Part shown: positions 7,388-15,186 of the stretch, in pieces
Numbering within the stretch: position 1 is the first letter of the stretch
Layout: each line of letters starts with the position of its first letter
Virus record (IMG/VR): IMGVR_UViG_3300045988_104068
DNA length: 37,769 nt
Direction: 5' to 3' (one strand)
DNA from: a virus
Made by a program: the position numbers and the translations under genes
Notes under the pieces: generated by a model
What the model saw: only the letters and a program-made list of their open reading frames with translations
Databases searched by the model: none
What the model was told of the DNA's origin: nothing

Positions 7388-7852
7388 TCACTTCACGGAC
7401 GGGTTCACGCGCTCAACCAGCTCGCAGCCGGGCACTGCCGTGCCGGTCTTGAGCAGGGCCGCAATGGCCGTCTTGTTGGGTGCGCGGGTGGTCATCTCGG
7501 TCATGTACTCGGCAGGGATGGCAGCTTCATCAAGCACGCAGACGGCCTTACTGCGGCGAAAGCTCACCGCGCACCGGTCACTGCTGAAGTTCTGCCCACC
7601 CAGAGCATCGGTCAGATAGTGCTTGAGACTGTCGATCTTGCGCTTTGCGGCTGCCTTGCGGTCAGCAAAAGCCTTTTCCTGCGCTTCAAAGGCCGCAACA
7701 TCGGCTTCGAGATTCTTTACCCAGCAGGCGATGTTGTCCACCTTCTCTGCCTTTGCCATGTTCAGCTTTTCTAGCCGGTCGATGTCCATAACCTCGCCGG
7801 TCTCCGGATCGATGCAGTCCAAAATCTGCGAGTTGATCTCATACAGGTTCAT
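7388..7852 (-). CDS. Siphovirus Gp157-family protein
   Basis: MNLYEINSQILDCID...KVDNIACWVKNLEADVAAFEAQEKAFADRKAAAKRKIDSLKHYL matches the remembered Gp157 pattern (MxLYEL start, coiled coil). ATG is preceded by GGAGGT. Confidence 0.7.
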   Translation of the reverse strand: MNLYEINSQILDCIDPETGEVMDIDRLEKLNMAKAEKVDNIACWVKNLEADVAAFEAQEKAFADRKAAAKRKIDSLKHYLTDALGGQNFSSDRCAVSFRRSKAVCVLDEAAIPAEYMTEMTTRAPNKTAIAALLKTGTAVPGCELVERVNPSVK

Positions 7853-7871
7853 AGTGCTTTTTACCTCCATA

Positions 7872-7981
7872 CGTTCAGAGCCTGAGAAATGGCTCTGAAC
7901 GGCGTTTTGCGTTTTGCAGTATAACTTTGCCGGTTTGCCCTAAAACCGCGTTCAGGGAGCCGTGCAGGACGCTCTGAACGC
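7872..7981. repeat. Two hairpins built from the same 10-11-nt arm (CGTTCAGAGCC)
   Basis: 7872..7901 is a perfect 11-bp inverted repeat, CGTTCAGAGCC-N8-GGCTCTGAACG. 7948..7981 is GCGTTCAGGGAGC-N10-GCTCTGAACGC, imperfect. Confidence 0.8.
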
Positions 7982-7991
7982 CATATGCTGG

Positions 7992-8312
7992 CTATTCTTT
8001 CAAAAGCTTCCGCTCTGCGCGGGCTTTCAGCATCTTCTGCAACTTACGGTGTGAATGCAGGCAACGCTCTGTCATGAGTCGCTCTCCCTGAATCTTCTGA
8101 ATCCGCGCCAGCCAGTCAGGAAGCAGCTGGTTCTGCCACTTGCAGTGCGGTATGACATCGTAAAACGCCTGTTCTGCGATATCATCCGGGGCCGTCCGAA
8201 GGTCTGACTTTGCCCAGACAGTGGAAATCGCCTTCCGGCTCTCGTCTGTTTGGGGCTTGCCGAAATAGGCATCTGCCACGGCCAGCAGTTCGATGGTCTT
8301 CTCCATCGTCAA
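7992..8312 (-). CDS. Hypothetical protein in the replication module
   Basis: 106 aa, in an operon with the initiator-like gene. Weak resemblance to helicase-loader (G39P-like) N-termini; not asserted. Confidence 0.55.
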   Translation of the reverse strand: MTMEKTIELLAVADAYFGKPQTDESRKAISTVWAKSDLRTAPDDIAEQAFYDVIPHCKWQNQLLPDWLARIQKIQGERLMTERCLHSHRKLQKMLKARAERKLLKE

Positions 8313-9014
8313 TCAAATCACCCCCTTGAAGATGTCTGCATAGACATCCGCTGCAGATCTGGATGTATTGCCCGGTGCAGGCTTGTTCGGTTGCTGCTCA
8401 CTGTCACGGGATATCCACCCGGATGCTGCAGCCTTCCAGTTTTTCATGGGATTCCGGCCCACCTTCCAGCCGTTGGACTCGTAGTAGGCATGGAACCGAA
8501 TAGCCTGCCCTTCTGTGCCACCCTTCTCCGCAAAGTAACTTTTTACTGTTTCAACATCAGGCGGTGAAAACCTGTTCTTGGTTGTAGGGGGCAGCGCTTC
8601 AGCGCTATTACTATCAGATACTTTAGTATCTGAGTAATTATTAGTTTTTAATTTTAGGGGGCTATTGGTTTCGTTTGGTTTCTCAGAAAAACCAATTGGT
8701 TCCGTTTGGTTATCGTCAAAAACCTTTTGGTTTCCGTCGGTTTTCTTTGGCCTGCCGCCCTTTCGGCCTGCTTCTCGGTGTGCAGTAATAGCACGTCTGT
8801 ACGTCTCAATATTCCCGTCAAGCGCTTCCCTCTGAGATTCAAACGCCACCTGTTCGATAGGTTCAAGGCCTTCCGGTTCACTCCCGGTTTCCACATAGTC
8901 CCGCATTGCATTCACAACATGCCGGAATGCCGCATCATCAAGAATGTCAAGAAGTTTGAACGATGTGAACAGGATCAACAAGCCTTTCGGGCGAGCCATT
9001 TCAATATCGTCCAC
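8313..9014 (-). CDS. Replication initiator / replisome organiser (DnaD-like C-terminal region, putative)
   Basis: GTG start 6 nt after GGAAGGAGGTGG. C-terminal VKSYFAEKGG...FHAYYESNGWKVGRNPMKNWKAAASGWISR resembles DnaD/phage replisome-organiser tails. Iterons lie inside the gene. Confidence 0.55.
   Translation of the reverse strand: MDDIEMARPKGLLILFTSFKLLDILDDAAFRHVVNAMRDYVETGSEPEGLEPIEQVAFESQREALDGNIETYRRAITAHREAGRKGGRPKKTDGNQKVFDDNQTEPIGFSEKPNETNSPLKLKTNNYSDTKVSDSNSAEALPPTTKNRFSPPDVETVKSYFAEKGGTEGQAIRFHAYYESNGWKVGRNPMKNWKAAASGWISRDSEQQPNKPAPGNTSRSAADVYADIFKGVI
8657..8750. repeat. Iterons (three ~31-bp tandem units), putative origin of replication
   Basis: TTGGTT at 8665, 8675, 8696, 8706 and 8727 (spacing 10, 21, 10, 21 bp). 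Unit is AAAAACCAATTGGTTCCGTTTGGTTATCGTC. Confidence 0.65.
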
Positions 9015-9030
9015 TACTAACCACCTCCTT

Positions 9031-9089
9031 CCCGTTTTTGAAAACCAAACGCTTTTCGTAAAAACCATTTGGTTTTCTTTGGTTTTTAC
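9031..9089. repeat. Second iteron cluster upstream of the initiator gene
   Basis: AAAACCAAAC and AAAAACCATTTGGTTTTCTTTGGTTTTTAC, with TTGGTT at 9069 and 9079 (10-bp spacing) and inverted AACCAA copies. Confidence 0.6.
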
Positions 9090-9739
9090 AGTTCGATGAT
9101 CTTAACCTCTACGCCGTAGCCGATGACGTTCCGGCACTGCTGTTTGATGCGGGGGATTGCAACAGCGCTGCTTTTGAGGAACTTCTTCGTGCTGGGGGTG
9201 CAGGCCAGATACAGCGTAACGCCGTCCAGACTGGCCTTGGTTCCGCGCAGGTTGTCCGCAATGAACTTGTCACCGTAGACCTCAACACGGCGAATAACCT
9301 CTCCCCAGTTCGCAAAATCCTTGCCCGGATACTTCGTAGGGGTGGATTCCGGTTCAGTCTGCTGGCTGTTCTTGCTCTTGAGTTCGTTCAGGGCATCCAG
9401 CATTGCAGACATGCAGGAAGCGCACACCTTGATCTCGTTCTGAAGCTCAACAAGGGCACTGTTCAAGCCCACCAGCTGGTTAATGGTCTTCTTCATGTCT
9501 TCGTTCTGCTGGTACAGGCGGCTGTCGATAGATTTCAGCAGGATGTAAACCCGGCTATCATCCGGGGTATCATTCGGTACATCCTCAAGCATGAAGTCGT
9601 ATGCACCGTTGCGGATATTGACAACTGCCGACACGGAACGACCGATAATGGCTGCGACCTCTGCATCTGACAGGCCCTTACTAAGAAGAAGCTTTGCATT
9701 GCGCACCTCTTCCGGCATAATATTTCTTTTTGCTGGCAT
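9086..9739 (-). CDS. Hypothetical DNA-binding protein (N-terminal HTH)
   Basis: MPAKRNIMPEEVRNAKLLLSKGLSDAEVAAIIGRSVSAVVNIRNG; RBS GGGAGAG. Confidence 0.6.
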   Translation of the reverse strand: MPAKRNIMPEEVRNAKLLLSKGLSDAEVAAIIGRSVSAVVNIRNGAYDFMLEDVPNDTPDDSRVYILLKSIDSRLYQQNEDMKKTINQLVGLNSALVELQNEIKVCASCMSAMLDALNELKSKNSQQTEPESTPTKYPGKDFANWGEVIRRVEVYGDKFIADNLRGTKASLDGVTLYLACTPSTKKFLKSSAVAIPRIKQQCRNVIGYGVEVKIIEL

Positions 9740-9763
9740 TTTTCTCTCCCTCATTTCTGCCGC

Positions 9764-10315
9764 TCAGAACGGCAAATCTTCATCGTCGTTGATGGGCGCA
9801 GTATATACCGCCGGAATTGCAGAGCTATTCAGCAGCTTCTTGGGCGGAATTTCAAAATCGCCATCCCGGATTTTGTCAATGCTGGTGAACTTGCTGACCA
9901 CCAATTTGGTTTTGATGCTGCCATCATTGGCCTGGTACTCTTCCTCCCCGAGGATGATGCCCACCAGCTTGCCGCGCAGGGTCCTTTCATCGTTGTTGAA
10001 CTTGTAGCCCGGGTTGGACTGCTCCACGCTGGTCAGGAATGCCTTGAAGAACGGCAGCGCGGTCTCCTTGTAGGACTTCTTGGTGGTGCCGCCCCATGCC
10101 CACTGGCCGGATTCCAGCTTTCCACGTTCCTGCATAGCCTTTGTCATTCCATGGAAATAGCCTCGGAACTCGCCCTCTGCAATATCCCAGTAGATGTTGA
10201 GGTATTCCTTCTCAGGCACGTCCTGTGCGGCCACGATACCGGCGACATAAGCGCCTACTGGCAGGGTCTTGAGATCAGTTGCTTCCTGAACTTCGTTCCA
10301 ATTGATGTTCTTCAT
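9764..10315 (-). CDS. Phage SSB, DUF669 type (putative)
   Basis: 183 aa ending in the acidic tail INDDEDLPF typical of SSB C-termini. It sits directly downstream of the Sak4-like ATPase, a known pairing. Confidence 0.65.
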   Translation of the reverse strand: MKNINWNEVQEATDLKTLPVGAYVAGIVAAQDVPEKEYLNIYWDIAEGEFRGYFHGMTKAMQERGKLESGQWAWGGTTKKSYKETALPFFKAFLTSVEQSNPGYKFNNDERTLRGKLVGIILGEEEYQANDGSIKTKLVVSKFTSIDKIRDGDFEIPPKKLLNSSAIPAVYTAPINDDEDLPF

Positions 10316-10321
10316 GATTTT

Positions 10322-10972
10322 TTACTCCTTTTCGTTGTTCTTGGCGGGTACTGCATCGTTTGCAGGCAGACCGTAATATTCGCGAATGGTCTTATCAACC
10401 ATTGCAAGATCGTTGTCAATCAGCTGAGCATCAAACATCCCCATGGGAGATTTGCTCACATCGCTGCCGGTGTTCTGGGTACTAAAATAATATTTGCCAT
10501 CCTGTACCACCGTTTTCAGGACAATGGTGAACAGTCCTTCCACGCAAATCTTCTCGTCCAGCATCTTGCCAATGGTCTTGAACTTCTCGTTGCCGTCGTT
10601 GTCCCTCTCCATGTGGCCCATAATGTAGATAATCTTGTTACTGGGCAGGCTCTTCGCAAGATCAAGCAGCCCCTTGAAGTTAGCTGCCATGTCGGTAAAC
10701 TTCTGATAGCCGATCTGTTTTGCCGTCCTAACAAATTCGTTGGACATGAGATAAGTTGCATCATCAATCACGATGCTCTGCTTTGGGGTCTTGCACAGCA
10801 GGTTTGCAATCGCGCCGTAATCATCCGAAACGGCACCCTTGAGACCGTTAAAACGAAACGGGAACGGCTTGCCCAGCACGTTGACCACGCTCACCTGTTC
10901 GGGCTTAAAATTGCGCAGACTGGTGGACTTGCCGGAACCAGACTGCCCGTAAATCATAACCAAAATAGCCAT
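10322..10972 (-). CDS. Sak4-like RecA-family ATPase (AAA_24)
   Basis: MAILVMIYGQSGSGKST Walker A at the extreme N-terminus, with IVIDDATYL as Walker B. Confidence 0.75.
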   Translation of the reverse strand: MAILVMIYGQSGSGKSTSLRNFKPEQVSVVNVLGKPFPFRFNGLKGAVSDDYGAIANLLCKTPKQSIVIDDATYLMSNEFVRTAKQIGYQKFTDMAANFKGLLDLAKSLPSNKIIYIMGHMERDNDGNEKFKTIGKMLDEKICVEGLFTIVLKTVVQDGKYYFSTQNTGSDVSKSPMGMFDAQLIDNDLAMVDKTIREYYGLPANDAVPAKNNEKE

Positions 10973-11091
10973 TACTCTTCATCCTCCTGATCTTCGGTCT
11001 GTTCTGCCCCTCGCGGCAGGAAATAGTAGTCGTCCGGCGGCTCAAGTGCCGGGCCGTAGCCGTCAAGAGAAAGGTCATACATCGGGTTCAT
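10972..11091 (-). CDS. Small acidic protein (39 aa, below the ORF-track cutoff)
   Basis: MNPMYDLSLDGYGPALEPPDDYYFLPRGAEQTEDQEDEE. ATGA overlap upstream, TAATG overlap downstream, RBS GGAGGTGG. Confidence 0.5.
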   Translation of the reverse strand: MNPMYDLSLDGYGPALEPPDDYYFLPRGAEQTEDQEDEE

Positions 11092-11399
11092 GCTACCACC
11101 TCCGGTGCCGGGTCAATGGCGGTAGGGGAGATGTCTGGTGCGGGAATCAACTTTCCAGCGGTCAAACGCTGCGGAGCAGGGGAGTGCTGCGTTTCGCTTG
11201 CAGGCTTCCCGAACTTGACCTCGGCACCCAGATCTTCGACCTCGACCGTGACGCGCAGGCGGTACAGACCGGTAGTGTCGTTGAATGCACCCGAAACGCT
11301 GTCAAGCAGCTCGTCAACGATTCCGGGGACGTACTTGCCGTCCATAAACTTGCCGTCACTGGAAAAGCGGCCCTGAATCTCAACATAATTTTTTTCCAT
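11088..11399 (-). CDS. Hypothetical protein (103 aa)
   Basis: MEKNYVEIQGRFSSDGKF...; RBS GGAGGT. The longer 205-aa track ORF is an upstream out-of-context extension. Confidence 0.6.
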   Translation of the reverse strand: MEKNYVEIQGRFSSDGKFMDGKYVPGIVDELLDSVSGAFNDTTGLYRLRVTVEVEDLGAEVKFGKPASETQHSPAPQRLTAGKLIPAPDISPTAIDPAPEVVA

Positions 11400-11455
11400 C
11401 TTGTAAAACCTCCGAAAATGTGTTATCTTCGGGTTGATGTGACCTGTAAAATCCA

Positions 11456-11791
11456 TCAACCCTTGCAGCCTGCCGGTGCGCCAACACCAGCGGGCTGCTT
11501 TTTCTTTTGTGCGGCCAAAATCTCTTTGATGCGGCCTTTGCCGTAGGTTCCGGCGCTTGCAGTAAAGCGCTCGTTGTCGTCCACAAGGCCCTGATGGATT
11601 GCCCCGGCCCGCTCTTCCTGCTGGCGGATAAGTTGCTCTGTGCGCTCCCGGTAGCTCGCTTCGAGAGCTTTCACCCTGATATGTACAGCGCGGCACTCCG
11701 GACACCGCTCCGCGCGGCGGCCCACATTGCGCATCACCTTCCCGCAGTCAACACAGACGCGGGTGTAGATCATATTGTTGTTGACTGCCAT
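11456..11791 (-). CDS. Zinc-ribbon protein
   Basis: CVDCGKVM...CPECR four-Cys ribbon followed by a coiled-coil. Confidence 0.65.
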   Translation of the reverse strand: MAVNNNMIYTRVCVDCGKVMRNVGRRAERCPECRAVHIRVKALEASYRERTEQLIRQQEERAGAIHQGLVDDNERFTASAGTYGKGRIKEILAAQKKKQPAGVGAPAGCKG

Positions 11792-11793
11792 GC

Positions 11794-12057
11794 TCAGCCC
11801 GCCTTTCTACCGCTCTTCACGGTGTTCTGGGGCTGATGGTGAATCTTCTTGCTCCGCTTTTTCTCCTGATCGGCGGCGTAGAAGCCCAGCCGCATAAAGA
11901 AGATTGCCAGCAGGATCAGCACCATTGCTGTGATGAACGCGCCGTCCGAGACGGTGCCCAGTGTCTGGGCAGTGCCCTCAACGCCCATGCTGTACAGCAG
12001 GCCCGTCGCAAAGCTCCCCATTGCAAGCCAGTACCAAACGCCAGATTTGATTCTCAT
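11794..12057 (-). CDS. Membrane protein (two TM segments)
   Basis: GVWYWLAMGSFATGLLY and AFITAMVLILLAIFFMRLGFY; RBS AAAGGAGAA. Confidence 0.65.
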   Translation of the reverse strand: MRIKSGVWYWLAMGSFATGLLYSMGVEGTAQTLGTVSDGAFITAMVLILLAIFFMRLGFYAADQEKKRSKKIHHQPQNTVKSGRKAG

Positions 12058-12311
12058 GCGGATTCTCCTTTCTCAACAGTAGGGAAGAACAGCTCCCCGA
12101 TTTCGTCCTGCCGGATGTCCAACAGTTCACAAATTGCTACGATCTCTTTACTTGTCCACGGCTGGTGCCCGTTCATCCGGGCGCTCATAGTGTACCGGCC
12201 AATGCCGCTATGTTCAGCGACTTCCTGATCGCGGTAGCCGCAGCTGTGGAACCGCCCCCGCAGCTTCCAGTACGGAATCTGCCGGAAGGTGCCCTGTACG
12301 ACCTTCATCAT
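12054..12311 (-). CDS. Small HTH-type phage regulator (putative)
   Basis: 85 aa, RDQEVAEHSGIGRYTMSARMNGHQPWTSKEIVAICELL resembles short phage HTH proteins. Confidence 0.55.
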   Translation of the reverse strand: MMKVVQGTFRQIPYWKLRGRFHSCGYRDQEVAEHSGIGRYTMSARMNGHQPWTSKEIVAICELLDIRQDEIGELFFPTVEKGESA

Positions 12312-12404
12312 GCTTTTTCGACCTCTTTTCTTTGATGTGTGCCAGCCGTGCAGGCTGGTTCTTGTCCCAGCGGGCTTCCCGCCAGTATTTGTTCCGCCCG
12401 TTCA

Positions 12405-12653
12405 TCAGGCGGTCTCCTTGCCAAGACGCTGCTCCTTCTCCTGCTCGCTCAAAAGCTCGCGGGGGTCAACGTTCAGCGTGTCGGCAATGGCCTTGAGCGT
12501 CCGGGGGCTGGTGCCGCCCTTCTTTTTGATGTAGTAGTAGGTGGCCCGCTCAAGGCCAGCAGCCTGCATCAGCTCGGTAACATTTACTCCCCGTAAAATC
12601 ATCAGGGATTCAATTTTTTTCATGCTTACCTTCAAATTATCACCTTCTTTCAC
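12405..12653 (-). CDS. XRE-family HTH protein
   Basis: LRGVNVTELMQAAGLERATYYYIKKKGGTSPRTLKAIADTLNVDPRELL. The start may instead be the ATG at 12623 (MKKIESL). Confidence 0.7.
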   Translation of the reverse strand: MKEGDNLKVSMKKIESLMILRGVNVTELMQAAGLERATYYYIKKKGGTSPRTLKAIADTLNVDPRELLSEQEKEQRLGKETA

Positions 12654-13399
12654 GCTTCCAGCCGCTTTGCCCGGACATTCAGAAACTGGTTCACAAAGTA
12701 AATCTGTCCCTTCCCCGTGACTTTCGGGGTCTTGTTGATGCTGGTGTGGCCGTCCGAGTGCACCACGGTGGTCTCCTTGATCTCAAACAGGCACATTTCC
12801 ACGGCCCGCTGGGTGGGCATATTATAGTCGCTGCGCTTGGGGTCGCGGATCAGATAGCCGTGCTCCCGCATCCAGCTGAACAGCCGGTTCTGCCCGATCT
12901 GCACACCGTTCTGGCACAGCAGTTTTGCCAGCTCACCTACAAGGATGCTCTTCTTGCTGGCGCTTACAGCATCCGCAAAGATGCCCTTCGGGGTCAGCTC
13001 TGCAATCTGAGCGTCCTTGTGTTCCAGCTCGTCGTGGGCGGCAATAAGGGCCTGCGCCATCAGCTCCGCGCGGGAAAGCTGCGGGCGCTGTGCCAGCTGC
13101 TTCTCCATCTGGTTGAAGGCCTCGATGTACTTGAGCTTCCACTGCACGGCTTCCTTGCCGGTAAAGCCCATGGCCAGCAGGGAAAAGCCGTCGCGGTTCA
13201 TCAGGTACATGGTGGCCTTTTTGTTTTGAGCAGTGGTGTACTCGGTCTTGTGGAACATTTTGAGGAGAGCGCAATTTTGCGCCGTCAGATTTTTGATGGA
13301 GCGGAGCACATCTTTATGCTCTTTTCCGAATCGTTCGGCAACGTCCCGGCTGGATGCCACCGGTTCGCCGTTCTGGGTGGATAAGATGATGTCGTTCAT
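12650..13399 (-). CDS. ant: Antirepressor (Rha N-terminal domain + KilAC/ANT C-terminal domain)
   Basis: MNDIILSTQNGEPVASSRDVAERFGKEHKDVLRSIKNL (Rha-like). C-terminal LFSWMREHGYLIR...NMPTQRAVEMCLFEIKE...VTGKGQIYF (KilAC-like). RBS CAAGGAGGT. Confidence 0.8.
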   Translation of the reverse strand: MNDIILSTQNGEPVASSRDVAERFGKEHKDVLRSIKNLTAQNCALLKMFHKTEYTTAQNKKATMYLMNRDGFSLLAMGFTGKEAVQWKLKYIEAFNQMEKQLAQRPQLSRAELMAQALIAAHDELEHKDAQIAELTPKGIFADAVSASKKSILVGELAKLLCQNGVQIGQNRLFSWMREHGYLIRDPKRSDYNMPTQRAVEMCLFEIKETTVVHSDGHTSINKTPKVTGKGQIYFVNQFLNVRAKRLEA

Positions 13400-13416
13400 G
13401 GTGAATATGTACCTCC

Positions 13417-13445
13417 TTGTATTCACTTCACTTTCGCTGTAAAAT
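13417..13445 (+). promoter_or_regulatory. Sigma70-like promoter for 13475..14068
   Basis: TTGTAT-N17-TAAAAT, followed by AAAGGAGGTG. Confidence 0.55.
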
Positions 13446-13474
13446 AAAAAAGAGGAAAGGAGGTGAATGAAAAA

Positions 13475-14068
13475 ATGATTTTTGAAAGTCTTTTAAGCAT
13501 GCATGGTCTGAATATGCAAATTGAGCGAGATGGCGAAATTATTGCAACCGTTCCGGGTTTGCCGAACCGGGAAACAGCAACGAATCGGCAGTACGTTGGG
13601 TTTTGCCCGGGAACCGATATTAAGATAGACGACGTTGTTATCACTCCAGCCAGTGAACGGCTTTATGTCACGGAAACGCAGGCATCGTTCTTCCAGAAGC
13701 AGCAGGAAGAAATAAAAGCGTTCTATATGACCGAAGTCGAGAAAAAGCGGAAAGAAAACGAACAGCGTCAGAGCAATATTTATAACATCGGTACAGCTTA
13801 CGGTTCTGTAATCGGAACAGCCAATACAGCAACCATCAACTATCAGACGAATTTTCAAGAATTGCGTGAAAGAGCGGAAGCTGAAAATGCACCGGACAAA
13901 GAGCAAGTCCAGAAGTTGATTGACCTTGTTGAAATGATCGTAAATGACCAGATTCCTCCGCAAAAGGGTTTGCTATCCAAGTTTTCCGAAACGATGGAAC
14001 GTCACTCATGGATTACAAGCGCGGTTGCATCTGCGCTTGTATCGTGGTTGACACAACTTCCGCACTGA
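13475..14068 (+). CDS. Orphan lysogeny-oriented protein with a C-terminal hydrophobic helix (197 aa)
   Basis: ATG 8 nt after AAAGGAGGTGA. Contains the NIYNIGTAYGSVIGTANTATINY linker and the C-terminal WITSAVASALVSWLTQL. No family recognised. Confidence 0.7.
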   Translation: MIFESLLSMHGLNMQIERDGEIIATVPGLPNRETATNRQYVGFCPGTDIKIDDVVITPASERLYVTETQASFFQKQQEEIKAFYMTEVEKKRKENEQRQSNIYNIGTAYGSVIGTANTATINYQTNFQELRERAEAENAPDKEQVQKLIDLVEMIVNDQIPPQKGLLSKFSETMERHSWITSAVASALVSWLTQLPH

Positions 14069-14252
14069 TTTCGATGGTCAAGTTCAACAATGTTTTTCCA
14101 TTGCTGGATTGAACAAATGAATAGTCTTTAACATTCTGAATAACAGTTCCGTCTATCTGGCAGCTAAAACGGCCGTCCAGCTGTGATAACTGAATCTTTT
14201 GTGCCCAGCGTTCCGGTTCCAGCGGTTCGCTGGGCTTGTTGTTGTTGTCCAT
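14013..14252 (-). CDS. Small hypothetical protein (79 aa), paralog of 17492..17665
   Basis: MDNNNKPSEP... after CAAGGAGGTG. Its 3' end overlaps the convergent plus gene by 56 nt. Confidence 0.6.
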   Translation of the reverse strand: MDNNNKPSEPLEPERWAQKIQLSQLDGRFSCQIDGTVIQNVKDYSFVQSSNGKTLLNLTIEISAEVVSTTIQAQMQPRL

Positions 14253-14265
14253 GTGTTTCACCTCC

Positions 14266-14294
14266 TTGTGTGCACCTCGCTCCTGCGGTAAAAT
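14266..14294 (+). promoter_or_regulatory. Sigma70-like promoter for 14322..14537
   Basis: TTGTGT-N17-TAAAAT, the same geometry and homologous sequence as 13417..13445. Confidence 0.55.
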
Positions 14295-14321
14295 AAGAAA
14301 AACAGGAAGGAGGTGGAAATC

Positions 14322-14537
14322 ATGAGTGATGGAAATAAAATTCGGCACAATCTGGCACTTGCTTATGCAAACAACAAATTGCAGATTGCGTTGCAGCGCG
14401 GTGAGCGTCCGCAGGGTCTTGACTTGAATGACCCTGCACAGGCGGCCTGTGTACTGGCTTCTTGGTACAGCGACTGTCTGGAGCAACTAATCAATCTTGA
14501 GGATAGTAAGATTTATAGTCCCTCCAGCATGGATTAA
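14322..14537 (+). CDS. Orphan lysogeny-oriented small protein (71 aa)
   Basis: ATG after GGAAGGAGGTGG; helical, no family recognised. Confidence 0.6.
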   Translation: MSDGNKIRHNLALAYANNKLQIALQRGERPQGLDLNDPAQAACVLASWYSDCLEQLINLEDSKIYSPSSMD

Positions 14538-14716
14538 ATAATCCGGTCATCGCGCTCAGTTTTTACGGATGCAGAAAGCAGACTAATGATTCGCTCTGCG
14601 TCCGAAAAACTGACATTTTCGCTCTTGAGCTGCTCGAACAGCTTGAGGGCGATTTTCTTTAAGCGCTCGGCGTGTTCGCGGCGCTCTTGGATTTCTTTCT
14701 GGATGTTGTTCTTCAT
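14534..14716 (-). CDS. Small coiled-coil protein (60 aa)
   Basis: MKNNIQKEIQERREHAERLKKIALKLFEQLK... after AAAGGAGGTGAAG. Its stop shares a TTAA tetranucleotide with the convergent plus gene. Confidence 0.55.
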   Translation of the reverse strand: MKNNIQKEIQERREHAERLKKIALKLFEQLKSENVSFSDAERIISLLSASVKTERDDRII

Positions 14717-14811
14717 CTTCTTCACCTCCTTTGGATGGCTGGCAAGTATGTATTTTTCACTATGGATGTGCTATCATAAAGACACCCCAAAACGGAAGGA
14801 GGTGAAAAAAC

Positions 14812-15186
14812 ATGAGCTTGTCATTGACTAAAATGGCTGTTCTTACTGGATATGCAAATACCATTTCCCTCAAAGAATTTGCAAAGAACCGTTTATTTCT
14901 GGTGACACCTGCTGGCATGATCAGCGGTATCCCCGTATTTGATGAGGAAAATAGCAATCCGAACATTGCCGTTGCGCAGACAGTTAACTCCTCAGCTCTC
15001 AAGGCCGTTTCCAAAGCTGCTTCTGCTGAAGAAGAAAGTCCGCAGACGGGTGAAAGCTGTGAGTTTATTCTGCTAAAGGATGCTCGTCTGGAAACCACAA
15101 GTCCCGTTGTGAATTTCCCTGTTCTGACTGTCTTTTGTGACCAGATCATTGCTGTGACCCTTGGCACTGATCTCACCAATGGCTAA
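14812..15186 (+). CDS. Orphan lysogeny-oriented protein (124 aa)
   Basis: ATG after GGAAGGAGGTGAAAAAAC. An extended -10 (TGcTATCAT) lies at 14769..14777. The gene is followed by its own terminator. Confidence 0.7.
   Translation: MSLSLTKMAVLTGYANTISLKEFAKNRLFLVTPAGMISGIPVFDEENSNPNIAVAQTVNSSALKAVSKAASAEEESPQTGESCEFILLKDARLETTSPVVNFPVLTVFCDQIIAVTLGTDLTNG

Noticed and set aside
12214-12405. 63-aa ORF (MNGRNKYWREARWDK...) overlapping 12054..12311 by about 100 nt, possibly a +1 frameshift partner
   Set aside because: The overlap region reads as Arg/Leu/Pro-rich noise. GAAAAAG is not a proper slippery heptamer and the required shift is +1. The 12054..12311 gene has its own AAGAGG RBS. At most, the first ~30 codons could be a tiny ORF.
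14013-14486. 157-aa version of the minus-strand ORF, and the 285-aa version of 2415..3272
   Set aside because: These N-terminal extensions run through the divergent promoter region or the neighbouring gene. Strong RBS-ATG pairs at 14252 and 2999 define the real starts.
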